Part shown: positions 26,616 through 38,399 of the stretch, piece by piece | How the letters are laid out: every line of letters begins with the position of its first letter | How positions within the stretch are numbered: the stretch's first letter is position 1 | NCBI GenBank assembly: GCA_036172245.1 | Contig: JAYWIR010000053.1 | Location: 868,001-932,000, forward strand | Direction: 5' to 3' | DNA: 64,000 bases | Origin: Raillietiella orientalis | Lineage: Eukaryota | Made by a program: the position numbers and the translations under genes | The notes under the pieces: generated by a model | The model's input: only the letters and a program-made list of their open reading frames with translations | Told to the model about the DNA's origin: nothing | The model's database searches: none

Positions 26616-28199
26616 TCCCTGTTGACCAAAAAGGCAAAGACCAAACAGTAGTTCTCTATAGCTTTGGATGGCGGTGCGTGTTCGCCGATGAGTAGATGCT
26701 CAAACGTTTTCATATTCACTCTCACCTCCGTCACCAAGCAACTGCTGCTTGGGCAGTTCCGATTCATCTTGACGCAAGAGAGAAACCACATGTAACTATG
26801 GTAGGAGGAACAAAAACTTCAGGAGCACTTTCACTACTTGTGATTCGAAAGACTGGTAGCGCATTCCCTACAGTATCTCCGGAGGATTTCAGTTGCCTTC
26901 TCTCCTTTTTGTAAATTTCCTGGACATCTGGAATTTGGAACGGCAACCAGTCCAAAGCTCCGTTGTCACATTTGTCTGTCTTGTGAAACAACTCGATTTT
27001 CTTCAGAATATCGCCACAGATTGTATGCTGGAAGCACCACCAGTCCAAAGCTTGCCGCTAGCGAAAATGGAAACCCCAATTTTGGGGGCGGTTTCTTCAA
27101 CTCCTGCTTCCGGTTTCATCAGGCAGGAAAAGCGAGGAAATTCTGAGCGCTCTTGAGCTCTTTTCCAGATGAAGCAAATTGCAAACACTTGAGCCGCAAA
27201 CTTGGCGGCTGCCTACTTTCTGGAAAAGTTTTTTTCCAGAACTCAAAGTTTCGGTTCGTGACGGAGATTCTCAGGAAAGAAAGCCCACAGGAAGGTTCCC
27301 GACTAGAGTTGGCAGCGCAGGAAGTGATTGATGATTATCCTAGAATCATCTTCTCATGAATCCATTGTTCATGGTCCAGCTGCAGAATTTTTGTCTTCCT
27401 CGTGAAAATGAAACATGGTTTAATGGACTGTGGCTGGAAAGATTCGCGACTACATACATGAATCCGAACCACGGTAGCATTTTCTACAGTCTGTATCTTG
27501 TTTTCGACCTTTGGAGATGAGCGGGGCTTGTCTGAAGGGTTCAGATCAGGCTGAGCGCTCAGCCTTCCTCTAGACGCTGTTTGTTTTCTCCGCTGGATCG
27601 AGTCCTTCCTTCCTGGTTGTTGATGCTGGGCATGCCGAAGCTTGCTGACACTTTCGAGTGATTCGGCTGCATGCGTCTGTGCTCGACTGTTCTGAGGGCG
27701 TGCTGGGGCGTGGAGTTCCAGTAGATATTCCGGCTGTGATCAATGCTGGAAGGCCTTGAGCACCTTTCTGGTATGTTTCGACTGTGTTTCTGGAATCTCC
27801 AGCATCCAGAGAAATTTCAGCAACACTCGTTTCGGTTTCCAAATGTCTTGCATCCATCGTTCAAGTCATCTTGCTCTCATGAGTTTTGAAGCTGCTGGGA
27901 GCTCTTCACCCATCCCATGGGAGAGTCTATCAAAAACCAAAAACAGGCACTCGATATTGCCTTCATTTTCTGAAGACAAGAGTCCGATTACGTCCCTCCT
28001 TTCCTCCTGGAGTGACATCGCCTTCACGAAACCTACGCATCCCACCTGTATGCACTTCCTTAATCACCTGATCGTCGGTCCTTCTTCCTCCCTGATCAGC
28101 TCCCTTCCGAGGTGCGGATCATCTCTGAACCTCCTTCCTTCTCGTTTCTGCTTAATTATTCTAAGTGGACGTTCCGGCGTGCCGGGATGCAGAGGCGGC

Positions 28200-28850
28200 T
28201 TCGGTGTGGCTTCCAACCTCGGTCGGCCACCACCACAACCTCTTGGTAGAGAGTCGGCTCGCTGGTATCCCGCCAGAAGGACGATGACCTCTTCGAGGCT
28301 GGAGAGAGCTCCAAAGCGTCTCAAGAGGTCTCCATCAAGAGAAAATCTGAAGAACCACCTTTGCAGGGTCCTTTCCATTCCCTTCCCCGTTGAGGTTGGA
28401 AGTCGACTCTCCGAGGTTCTTCCAAAAATGAAAAGGCCCGTTCCCTTCTGAATTCTTTTCCGGATGTTAAATGGGGACCGTACCATGGAGCTGATTGATG
28501 TCTTTGGTGGTTCGTCTCTCCAGAGTGAAGCGCGCTGCTCCCTTCAGGGAGCGTTCTTCAGAAGAGGAAGGCAGGAGCGGTTCCCTTGCGGGTTGCCTCC
28601 AGAGAAGGAAGATGAGTAGTCCCCTCCTTCGAGGGTTCCTCCCAAGCTGAAGAGGAATAGACTGCTTCCTCCGAAGCCTTTCTGGATTCAAAGAATAGTC
28701 CTTCTGCCTTTGATCCCCCTAACTTGGACATGCGGGTGGAGTGGATGGTGTTCAAAGAGCTTCTTGGTCCCCCCCTAAGGAACAATTGCCCAGCATTCCT
28801 TAAGAACCAAAAAAGAAAAAGGGAAAGCTGGAAGGGAATCAGAGAAAGCA
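28200..28850 (+). mobile_element. SINE-like element with degenerate head
   Basis: Core ggaagtcgactctccgaggttcttcc, units, tail ccctaaggaac..gaaccaaaaaag..gctggaaggga. Confidence 0.72.
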
Positions 28851-29792
28851 AAGGAATCCGGAACGCCGTCCTCCTAATCGGAAGCCACGAGTCTCCTTCG
28901 TGGGCTTCATCGTTCTCTTTTTCAAGATGTCTCCGTCGGAACGCTGTCTGAATCTGGTGCCGTAACAAGTCTTTGCTAGGAACGCAAACCTTCCGGGTAA
29001 GAGACAGCGGGAATCCAATCGGAACTCAGATGTTGCTCAGCATGAATCCGGCGGCTCTCCTTTGAGTCTTCAACTTTAGGGCACCATTTGGACGCGCACA
29101 TGCTTGCGCATCAAGTGAACAGCGCTTTGGAGAGCTCTTTTCTTCCGGTCTCCCACGGACTCAGAAACGTCATCTTGCTGCAGGGGGATGCTCGTGACAT
29201 TCTTCCGGAACCCCTCATCTGCCCATTTGGGTCGCTCATCGCCCCTCAGCCTATTCCTTCTTAGCTCCTTGTCCTCCGTCTCGAGAGAGCTGACCATCAA
29301 AGTTATCCGGCTGTATCTGATTTTCGGTCCCTCGTGTGACGTGGGCTACGTAGATGTTCCTGGAGTACCGGACGCGCGGTAATTTTGCTGATCCGTGGTT
29401 GATCCCAAGTTTGAAAAGGATTACAGAAATGTCAATACGCCTGCTGTTGCTCCTAATTACAGAGACAGCATCTCTAAACAAGTCTTCTGTTCCGCATTTC
29501 CGAGGTCCTCCTCCATGGACTTTGCCCTCCAGATTTTGGAGGCAGCCCATCTCCTAAGGCGCTCCGCTGATATCTCAGGAATTAAACCAGATGCTCCGTG
29601 TTGTGCCACGGTCGCTGAGGAACTCCTCCGTCGGAGGAGACGGAGGAGATCGTCCGGAGTGACGGACTCGAAGAACCGCCCGTCGCCTCCCTTCCTGCAA
29701 TGAGAAGCCATGGAGAAGGTCTCTTGCGTGCACAGGAACAAGACACATCAGAACACCCTCTTACGCGTGGCAACCTTGCGACGGGGATGTTG

Positions 29793-30900
29793 TCACCCGG
29801 TCACTCCGGGGAGTTTATTATAAACAGTCGACATTTACAGTATAAGGCCCCACTGCGGCCAATACAACAAGGGACCTGCCGGGTCGTCGGTGCGGAGACC
29901 GACTTGACTCTCCACGGCAGCGGAGGGTGATGGGGAAAAAACAAAAATCTTCTACTTCGTCGGATCCACTCCAGGCCGCCACAATACCGCGGATGCAGTT
30001 GAGAGCTGCTACGGCTGCAGGGCGTCCCGCACGAAGAGGAGCCGCAAAGCGCCTCTGGGAGGGCTGCTAACCGAGATCCCTAGGTTCCCAAAGGGGCCGG
30101 AGGGCAACGCAGTCAACTATCAGGTGCGGGGGGGGATTCCCGTTCTCCGCACCTGGCACAGTCCGGATTCAATCGCTCCCGTATCCAGTGACGGCGGCGC
30201 GCGTTGCTGGGGAGACCCTAGTGCAACAACATAAGCGCCGACTCCTGCCACTTTAGGGGAAGGATCCTTCTTCCGGTTATCACTGGGGGCACTTCAGGTC
30301 ATTCATCGTGATGCCGAGCAGCTCGTTCCATTTCTTCAGTCCTCGTGGAAGGACGCTCGGTGTCGTGGCATCCGCCAGCTGTCCCATGGTCCAACCGCTC
30401 ATCAACTTCTCTCTGCCTGCGATACGGCAGGAAACTCGCCACCTCGGTGTTCGGCTGCTAACGAGAGCCCTCCGTAGGAAGGGCAGCGCCGTAGCTTGGC
30501 AGTTCGTCTCTACCCACGTGCTCCTGGCGGGACACTCCAGGATCTCGCGCAGAGTGCCAGCAACGGGACGATCGCCAACTCTACCTTCTGGAGACGACCT
30601 GACCAGGCTTCTGATGGACAGAAGTCCCCCAGCAAAACGCCCAGGTATTTCAGATACCTGGCCGTGAGGATTTCCAAGCGGATACAGTAAGGCCGTCCAA
30701 CCCATGTCGCACCAACCGCCACCACCGACAACTTTGCCTTGTTCACCCGCAGTCCCGTTCCGCGGCTTAGCAGATCGAAGAAATCCTCGACTGCCTCTTC
30801 CGGGGAGGACATGGGGAGCAAGAGCAGGAGATCGTCGGCGTATGCTGCTTCGTCCCTCGACGAAGAACTCTTGAAGGAATAGCGGGCGTAGGGGCCACGT
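29793..30900 (-). mobile_element. 5'-truncated LINE 3' half (RT domains 5-7, zf-RVT/CCHC, 3' end), GC-rich lineage B
   Basis: AYADDLLLLLP, GLRVNKAK, KYLGVLLG; LPLKWQESALMLLH..CARCGERES(fs)PHLIVDC; AATAAA at 29814-29819. Confidence 0.9.
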
Positions 30901-31712
30901 AGCAGGCGACTCCACGTCTCGGGGCTCTTCTGATTCACTACCGCCCACTGCAACAGTTTCTTCCAGCCATGCGCCGGAGTCAGCGGCTGCAGATCATCCA
31001 CCTGTTCTCCTTCGCCAGGGTGGCCATTCGTCCGAGGAGAGGGCCGCATCTTGTTATCTTCTTGCCGCGGCATAAAAGATGAGATGAGAGCCCTCGCGTT
31101 CCGGATACACGACTGGCGAGGAGGCGAGCTGGAACGTAACAAGGGGTGCTCTAAAACTTCCTTGAGATGGCCAAGGCTCGCCATCGCAGTTGAATTTCTA
31201 TCCGCTCCAGCGTCAGGAGGCCAAGACCGCCATCCTTTCGTGGAGCGCACAAGTACTGCAGAGGCACACGAGGCCTCCTGCTGCCCCACAGGGCGATACG
31301 CAGGAGGTCCTTGGTTCTCTTCTTCATCTCGCGGAATACGGGGCAAAGAAAAATCCGGGGGCGAAGGAGGGGGGCCGCGAACGCGTTCCTTACCGTGGTC
31401 CGTTCCGGCAAGTGAAACTTGCCTTCCAGGAACGGGCCGATCGCCGACCCCACTTTCTGGAGACGACCTGACCAGGTTTCTGACGGCCAAAAGTCCCCCA
31501 ACGGAACCGCAAGGTACTTCAATTACCTCTCCGTGGGGATCCCCAGGCGGATCCAATCAGACCGTCCTGCCCACGTCTCTCCAACTGACACCACCAACTA
31601 TTTTGCTCTGTTAACTCGGAGTCCCGTCCCGCGTCTCAGCAAGTCGAAGAAATGTTCGACTGCGGAAGCCGGGGTGGACATGGGAAGCAGGAGCAGAAGG
31701 TCGTCGGCAGAA
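30900..31712 (-). mobile_element. LINE RT fragment (domain 5 to thumb), lineage B
   Basis: SADDLLLLLP, GLRVNRAK, KYLAVPLG, LWG..LCAPRKDGGLGL; paralogous to 30560-30845. Confidence 0.88.
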
Positions 31713-31721
31713 GAGTCGGAT

Positions 31722-32540
31722 AGCCGTCGCCCGCGTCGGAGGCTTTGTGGTTAAGACTTCCGTGCGTGGCACCATGCGTCGCGGGTTCGAATACTCCGGC
31801 AGAAACTGAGGCCACTGCGTCGTTGGGTTCCGAGTTTCTCCTGCAACGGCGCTCGTTGGCCTAATCATTCAGGCGTGGCACCGGCGGTGGATTGAGCCGG
31901 AAGCCCCTGATGAAGTCCGGAACAATGGGAAATTGACCTTCGTATCTTCCCAGGAATAAAGGAGTGGGGAGTTCCCCCTCCTGTGTGCAAAGGAGAGTGG
32001 ACCCCCGTCACCGGGGGGACCGCCTCCGGTTTCAAGATGGAGCAGGAGCCCTCACGGGCACCTCTCCAGTCGTTCAAAGGAACGGACCCCCCTGTTGGGG
32101 GTCCCTCCGAGTCGTCGCCTCTTCACAGAGTGTGTACAAAGGAAAGAAGCTAAGCGAGAGCGATTCCCTGCGGGAAGCTGCAGCGCCCCTTCTGAGTTTC
32201 GGAAGCACCCCTGTGGGGGTTGTCTTCAGAGGAGTGAACAGGAGCGGTTCCCTTGCGGGTTCCCTCCGGAGAAGGAATTCCTACAAGCGGATCCATTCTG
32301 GGTTCCCTTCGGAGAAGTTGAAATGGAGAGGACCACCCCCCATTACGAGGGTGTCCCTCCGGAGAGAACGAGGAATGAGATTCCCTTCGGGGTTCCCCTT
32401 CGGAGACAACCAGGGTTGGAGATGCGATCCCTCCGTCTGGGGGGTCCCTCCCCAAGCGTGAGAGGAACAGACTCCGAGCCTTTCCTGGATTCATAGGGCG
32501 GACCCCACTCCGGGGTGCACCCTATCCTGAAGAATATTAC
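31722..32540 (+). mobile_element. tRNA-derived SINE-like element with the longest unit array
   Basis: GTGGTTAAG..GCGTGGCACC..GCGGGTTCGAATAC head; six to seven ~40-bp units at 32170-32460; tail truncated. Confidence 0.8.
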
Positions 32541-32544
32541 ACTG

Positions 32545-34300
32545 AAGGGGGGGACACGGCAGGCGACGTCGAGTCGCGAGCGAAGAGACGCTGCAAGACT
32601 TCTCTGCTGTTGTCCGTCGGGAGCAGCAGGGCCACAAAGAAGCGTTCTCGGATACGCAGGAGGGCAACATAGCCCGACAAGAGGTGCGGGAAGGTTTTGC
32701 GTTCCGCGCACCTGGCATAGTCCGGGGCTGCGCTACCCCTCGTCCAGAGGTGGACTCGTGCTTTGCATGGGATCGCCCAGGGTAGCAGCTGCAATGCCGA
32801 GTCCTATCACTTCAGGGGAAGCGTGGAGCAGTCCACAAACACTGGGGGAGTCTATACCTCTTCCAGGGGAATGTCCAGAAGCTCCGCCCAGTGAAGATTT
32901 CCCTTGAGGAGGGAGGAGGAGGTGCAAGCATCAGCCAGTTGACGAACCGTTCAGCGTCCCAGCTGTTTCTTCCTTCCTGTGATCTCGCAGGATATATCCA
33001 TCTTGCAAGACCATCGCCATATCCACTCTGGGGCGTGCTGTGTTGATCGTGCCGACAATCCGGATATCTCGCGCCCAGGTGGTCTTCCGTGGCAGTCCAT
33101 GATTTCCTGCAACGGGCAGCGAGCGCAGTACGAGAATCTCAGACATCGCAATGGCTCCGGGCTCGTGCCGTTTCTTTTCGCCCAGATCTGAACCGCTTCA
33201 ATAAACGCCCCGGTGTGATCTGGTGAAAAGGCCACAGCGGCAGTGGACTACATTTCGGAAACGTGGTCTTCCATCATTTTACCCGCGGTGATGCGAGTCC
33301 TCGCTGATGAAGACACCACCGCTTTGGGATGAGATGGGAAAGCTTTGGTCCATTCTTCGTCCTCCGGCAGTGGGCGTTCTTGAATACTGCAGCCAGAATC
33401 GACGATTCGAGGGTTGCCTCCGAGGAGAAAGTTAGAAGCCTGGACCGGAGGTTTCCTCGGTGCCCTTTCCACCCTTCTCAGGGAGCTGAGACCAGGATCC
33501 CTCATTCGAGACTTCGCCGGCAGGCAAAATTCGTGCGAGTCCGGGAGCAGCGAGGAGGAAGCGCCGCCGAGCTAGCATTGACCGGGAGACATCGTGCAGG
33601 GACACATCCGGAAGAGGTACTGTGCGCGCGCACGCGCGCGGGAGGTCGGCCGGTCGCCATGGGGCCGTGTGACCGACCGACCTCCCGCACGACTTGCTCT
33701 GTCTCCTGCCCACCGGCAGCGGCTTTCCTCATATGCGTCACCGTGCCCGTAGGCGTCCAGCCACTGCTCTGGCTTCTTCAAGTGGCGCGGAGCCCGCTTT
33801 CCTCCCCTTTGGGAACCTCTCTCTCTGCCGATGTCATCATCGAACCTCTCCGGAGTTCCAGAACGCCCTTGAGAGCCTCCCCTGCGCGGAGTACTTAACC
33901 GCGGCTCTCGATCGCAAGTGGACCTTGCAGTTCGACTTCAGCCTAAGGGAGGACGAGGACGGCCACGTGGTGGTCAGCGCGTTCCCGTGAACAGCCTGGC
34001 GAACGGTAGGCTAAGAGTCGGTGAAGTCATCCTCAGACGAACGACCAAGACGTAAACCGGATGAAGGTGGAGCAAGTCATCGACCGCTGCGGAAGACCAG
34101 AGTCCGCTTGAAGGTGCGCGACCTGACTCCACTTTACTCCAGGGACCTCCACTTGACTCCATCTCTCCCTGAAGCAAGAGCAGGACACAAGAGTAGCAGC
34201 AGTCTTTCCACAGTAAGGGGGAAAAAAGCAAAGCAACGTCTGCTTGAAGACCACACAGCCAACTAAGCGCCACTCAGTAAAGTTTTCCGAACCGGCAGCA
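32545..34300 (-). mobile_element. Internally deleted LINE (EN remnant, RT domain 2-3 remnant, zf-RVT), lineage B derivative
   Basis: zf-RVT AIPCKARVHLW..DYARCAERKTFPHLL; RT-like AGKMMEDHV..FSPDHTGAF; weak EN-like text at 33.9-34.27 kb; 32550-33030 highly similar to 19600-20090 and 4960-5300. Confidence 0.75.
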
Positions 34301-35039
34301 AACATGGCGACCTCTGTTGTGGAGAACACAGGGGAGCTCTCACGGCCCCGCAGCAGCCCGCTTGCGAACGCATGCCAGGACCGATGCCGGCAGTCCGTAC
34401 TTCTGTATGCATGCGTCCTTTCGATTCTCTCGCTTCAGCTCCCGCAAGAACGAATCCGAGACTCCTTTCATCTGCGCTTCTCCAGGGATTCCTCGAGATG
34501 AAAATCTCGCTCCCTGCTTTTTACGGGAGTCATCCCTGCTTCTGTAGAGGCGAAGGACGAAGGGCAGTGAGTGGTGCGGTCTTCTCTCACGCAGGAATCG
34601 CAGTACAAATCCCCCTTGGAGCCGAAACTCCGGGTGGGCGACTGACGACGGATGCGGGTGGCAGCCGCGCTCGCCTCTGGAAACTTCCCGCGGAGGTCTC
34701 TCTCCACCTTCTGAAGACTTCTCTTCCGTGTCCGTCTTGGAATACCTGATCTCCTTGTGCCTAAACCTTCCATGGAAATTCGCGGGAATCCAAACTGACT
34801 TCGTCCCAGAAGAGAGGCAAGGTGGGGAAAGGAAAAGCATTCGCCTCCGGTGCAAGTTCTCTTCGCAGGCTGCTTGCTCTTGCCGTATTGAAATGCAAGC
34901 CGTCTTTCCTTCACTGCTTTTGGTCAGCCGCTTCGGTTGATAACTCCTCCTTGAGTGTCAGCTGCTTGCTCCCTGACGAACAGCTCACCACTTGCACTGG
35001 AGCACTGCCAACTCTCTCGGAGGTTTCGAATAGAGCTGA

Positions 35040-35385
35040 GCCATCGGCCCGCGTCGGCTGCCGTGGGGCTGTGGTCCCCGCGAGTGGCACCAGACGTCAA
35101 GGGGTCGAATCCCGCCCGGGAAATGGACGCCGATTGCTCCGTGGGTATCGAACTCTTGAAGCAGGATGCACTGGTTGGTCTTCGTTCTTCGAGTGTAGCA
35201 CCGAGGGAAGCAGCCGACAACGAGATGTCCCCGTTGACTGGCCGGGAGTGGATGTTGTCCCTCCGAGGTTCTCCCAGGAGTCGAGGAGCCCTTCGAGGTT
35301 CCCCTCCAGTTGTGGAAATGGGACCGTACCACGGGGCTGGTTGATACATCTTGTCTCTCCAGAGTGCACGGAGCGCTTAAGAGCT
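35040..35385 (+). mobile_element. SINE-like element, 5' half
   Basis: Head with GGGGTCGAATCCC at 35101 and core; closely parallels 7740-8050. Confidence 0.78.
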
Positions 35386-35399
35386 TCGATCACGTTCTT

Positions 35400-37000
35400 G
35401 GAGAAGCTAAGACGAAGTTGCTAAGACGTGTCCTTTGCTGGTTTGTTCGATGGCAGCTAGCATCGAGAGTACAGAACTTTTTGTTCCAGTAGAATCTGCC
35501 TTATTTTTTTCGAATTCGAAAGAACAGAGAAGAGATGCCTTCCTAAAGGATGCTTTGTGAGAAACTTCCTTTCTGCTTGGAGTTTCTTTGCCTTCTTGAT
35601 GCACTCTTGTTGTTGGAATTGCGCTCTCGCCTTGTTAGGCTCGATGTTTAAAGGGAAATTTCTCAGCGGCAATCAGATGTTGGTGTCCCCTTGGGGTGAA
35701 ACTGGGCGATCTCATACGCTGGTCATCGGCCTTCCGATAGCCGTGCGCTGCACGAAATCTACCACGACCGTTCACAATTTCATCGCCGAACGGCACCGGC
35801 TTGTTCATTCCGTCCGTCCTGAGAAATGCTTCCGCTGAACGCGGAAAAATAAGCGTAAAATAAGAAATAGGTCGTGTTTTCCTCATCAGTCAGGACGGAT
35901 GAATTTCCTGCCATCATCTTACAGGTTTACGGATGGCGCATTCGGAGCAGCGAGCCTCTTCCCTTCGGCGGATATCTTCTCACGCAATCCTTCGTTTCAT
36001 GGCTTCCCAAGAAGCCCTCAGGAGCACTGAAGTCTTGTTCTCCTGAGAGCCCTTGCGCTGCGATGCCACGTTGGACCCTCCAACTCGAGTCGGGCTGCAA
36101 GAGAACGCAGGGAGGGTGCGGTCCGGTGCCCCTTTTCAAGAGACAGATCTCCGAGCTAGCCTCAGAGCGCAATTCCGACCACAGTTGAGTTTTGAGAACA
36201 CGCCAGTGTCTTCTCTTTGGTCCGCTGCAGGCACGTCATCCTTTAGATCACCTTCTGAATAACCCGAAGCCATCGGGAAAGCGGCTTCAACGCTCCTCAA
36301 GTCATCTGGCAGCCATCCTTTCGGTGGGAGATGCAAAGAATTCGTCTTCGTATCAAGTTCCGAAGCCTAGTCTTGTCAGCATGAGTCGTGCAAATTTAAG
36401 ACTCGGCTCAGAAATGAACAGAAAAGTAGAGAGGCAAGAAACAGTTAATCGGCTACTCGCATTTCCTGGCCCCGAGTCAAACGGAGCAAAAGGTTGAAGG
36501 CCCGAAGAGTAGGAGTCAGTCTGAACCGCTGTGTCCAGCTTGCACCGATCCTGTGCTTCCATTTGCCTGAAAATTTCAGCCCCTGGATGTCCTCAATCTT
36601 TGCCTCCATGAACTTCCCCTGGAATTTCCATCGCGGAGTTGTCGGAGTTGCGCGTGCAGCTCCAACAGCTTATCGAAACCGACGAGTTCCTAGTTCGGTG
36701 GTGTCTTGTGCCGGCGTGTCAAGGAAATGGACCTCGTGGAATGATCGAGAGATTTCAGTCTTGCACCGGAGTATTACCGGGTACCAAAGTCTCTCAGATT
36801 TCGTTGACCGAACGGGATTCCTCCTCCTCTTGAGGAATGGACACCGGAACCTGTACAGTCCGTCTCACAGCTCCATTCATCCAACACATTCTCCGTGTAA
36901 CCCTGTGAAACATAAATAAGCAGCACGTAATGCAAAATTGTCTTTCGAGAGGAACATGACAGCTGAGTGGGCACGCGAACGAGTTCCCTTACATAGGAAC
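35400..37000 (-). mobile_element. Decayed L1 ORF1/EN remnant
   Basis: QAGH knuckle-like, PFGDE, PSFT; weak. Confidence 0.3.
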
Positions 37001-37499
37001 TGCTGCAAAAGAAGCAAGGATAGTTGGCCCGCATCTCAGTTGCGTCGCATTCCAAAGGCAAACTGACGGAATTTTCCTTTTTTTCTTACTTTCTTTCTTT
37101 TCTTCTTCGAAACAGATGCACTACATTTCTTGATGAATTCACGCAGAAAATTGCGAGGAAGGGTCCTTCTTCTTTCGCTCCGAGCTTGGAATACCGTCGT
37201 ATTCTGCACTCCATGCGCCTGACCCCTTAGCTTTGCATCCATTTATAATAAAGCTCACCACCGTCATACTTAATATGGCTCTTCAAGAGGAGAAAGAATT
37301 TTATCCAGTACCAAAGCGCCATCGGAGGGGGGCAGGAAAAAGTGGAAGAACAGAGAGAGAGTGACTCGGGAAAAAAAATATCGCATGCGAAAAGCCGCAA
37401 GCGAGAGAATAAACGTCTCCAGAACCCTCTAAATCACCATTCTGTGGCCACCAAAAACAAGTTTCTCATCAATCATTCACATTTTCGAAATTCTCTCTC

Positions 37500-38300
37500 A
37501 TTCCGCCTCATCGACTTCCCTCAACGAGGGAGGTTCGCCGGTCAGCGATGCCGAGGAAAGTTCTGTGTGGGCTAACTGACGGAGTCCCTTGGTCAGGTAT
37601 TTCCTCGCAGGAATCAACGCCGAAATCATCAGCGAAGACGTCACTTTGGGTCCGTTCTCTTCTTCTGGCGGGAAAGAACGAACCCAGCCGGCAGCCGAAG
37701 AGGTGCGATTCAAGATCAAAAGGTGGCGGGGGATACTGGGGTGGAGGGAATCGTTCATTTAAAATCCAGCATCCGAAGCACGTCAGGCACATGCAGCCCT
37801 CGGAGACAGCCCTGTCCGTGAATGGCGTGCTTGAAATTCTGGAGCTGCAGCTCCGCCCGTTACGACATGCAAATACCACCGGGAACGGGCGCTCACGTTT
37901 CAAGACGGCCCGGTCCGAGACCGAGAAACTTCTGCCCTGAGCCAAATTAATCTGCTGGAAGGACCCATCCGCCCAAAATTCGAAAACTTCCCGCCCATTC
38001 ATTTAATCGCCTCGTTTCCGATAATTTTTTTTTTTAAATTACCCACCTCGGCTGGGCCCTGTGCGTCCGAAACTGACGTCGCCTTCTTGAGGGAACGCCT
38101 CTTGAGCATCCCGGGAAAAGAGGAGCAGGCCGAAAGTGGGGATTCCAGACACTGAACAGGAAGTGGAAACATAATCGTGAAGCCTCCCGTGCGAGCAGTC
38201 GAGCGTAAAAAAACCAATTGCAGACCCGATCTTTGGCTGCCGTTTCCGAAGCCATCAGAGGCCTTTCGGACGAGACACGCTTCTCCGGCAATTTAGGTGG
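37500..38300 (-). mobile_element. Decayed L1 ORF1 (DUF4283-like)
   Basis: VFEFWADGSFQQINLAQGRSF..VLKR..PVVF. Confidence 0.4.
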
Positions 38301-38399
38301 CAAAGAGACGCTCCCATAATTACGAAATTGTACAAGGTGATCGCGGACTGAAGGCGTGACCCTGTGATCCCCTTTAGACTTCACGGAGCTCCCAAATAT

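Larger units (their letters stand above)
25900..29790 (-). mobile_element. Decayed L1 ORF2 (EN to zf-RVT), interrupted by two SINE-like insertions
   Basis: RVRG, FLCTQET, NIYVAH, WADEGFRKNV, GFVKAMSL..FLVFDR, KTFEHLL in colinear order. Confidence 0.6.
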
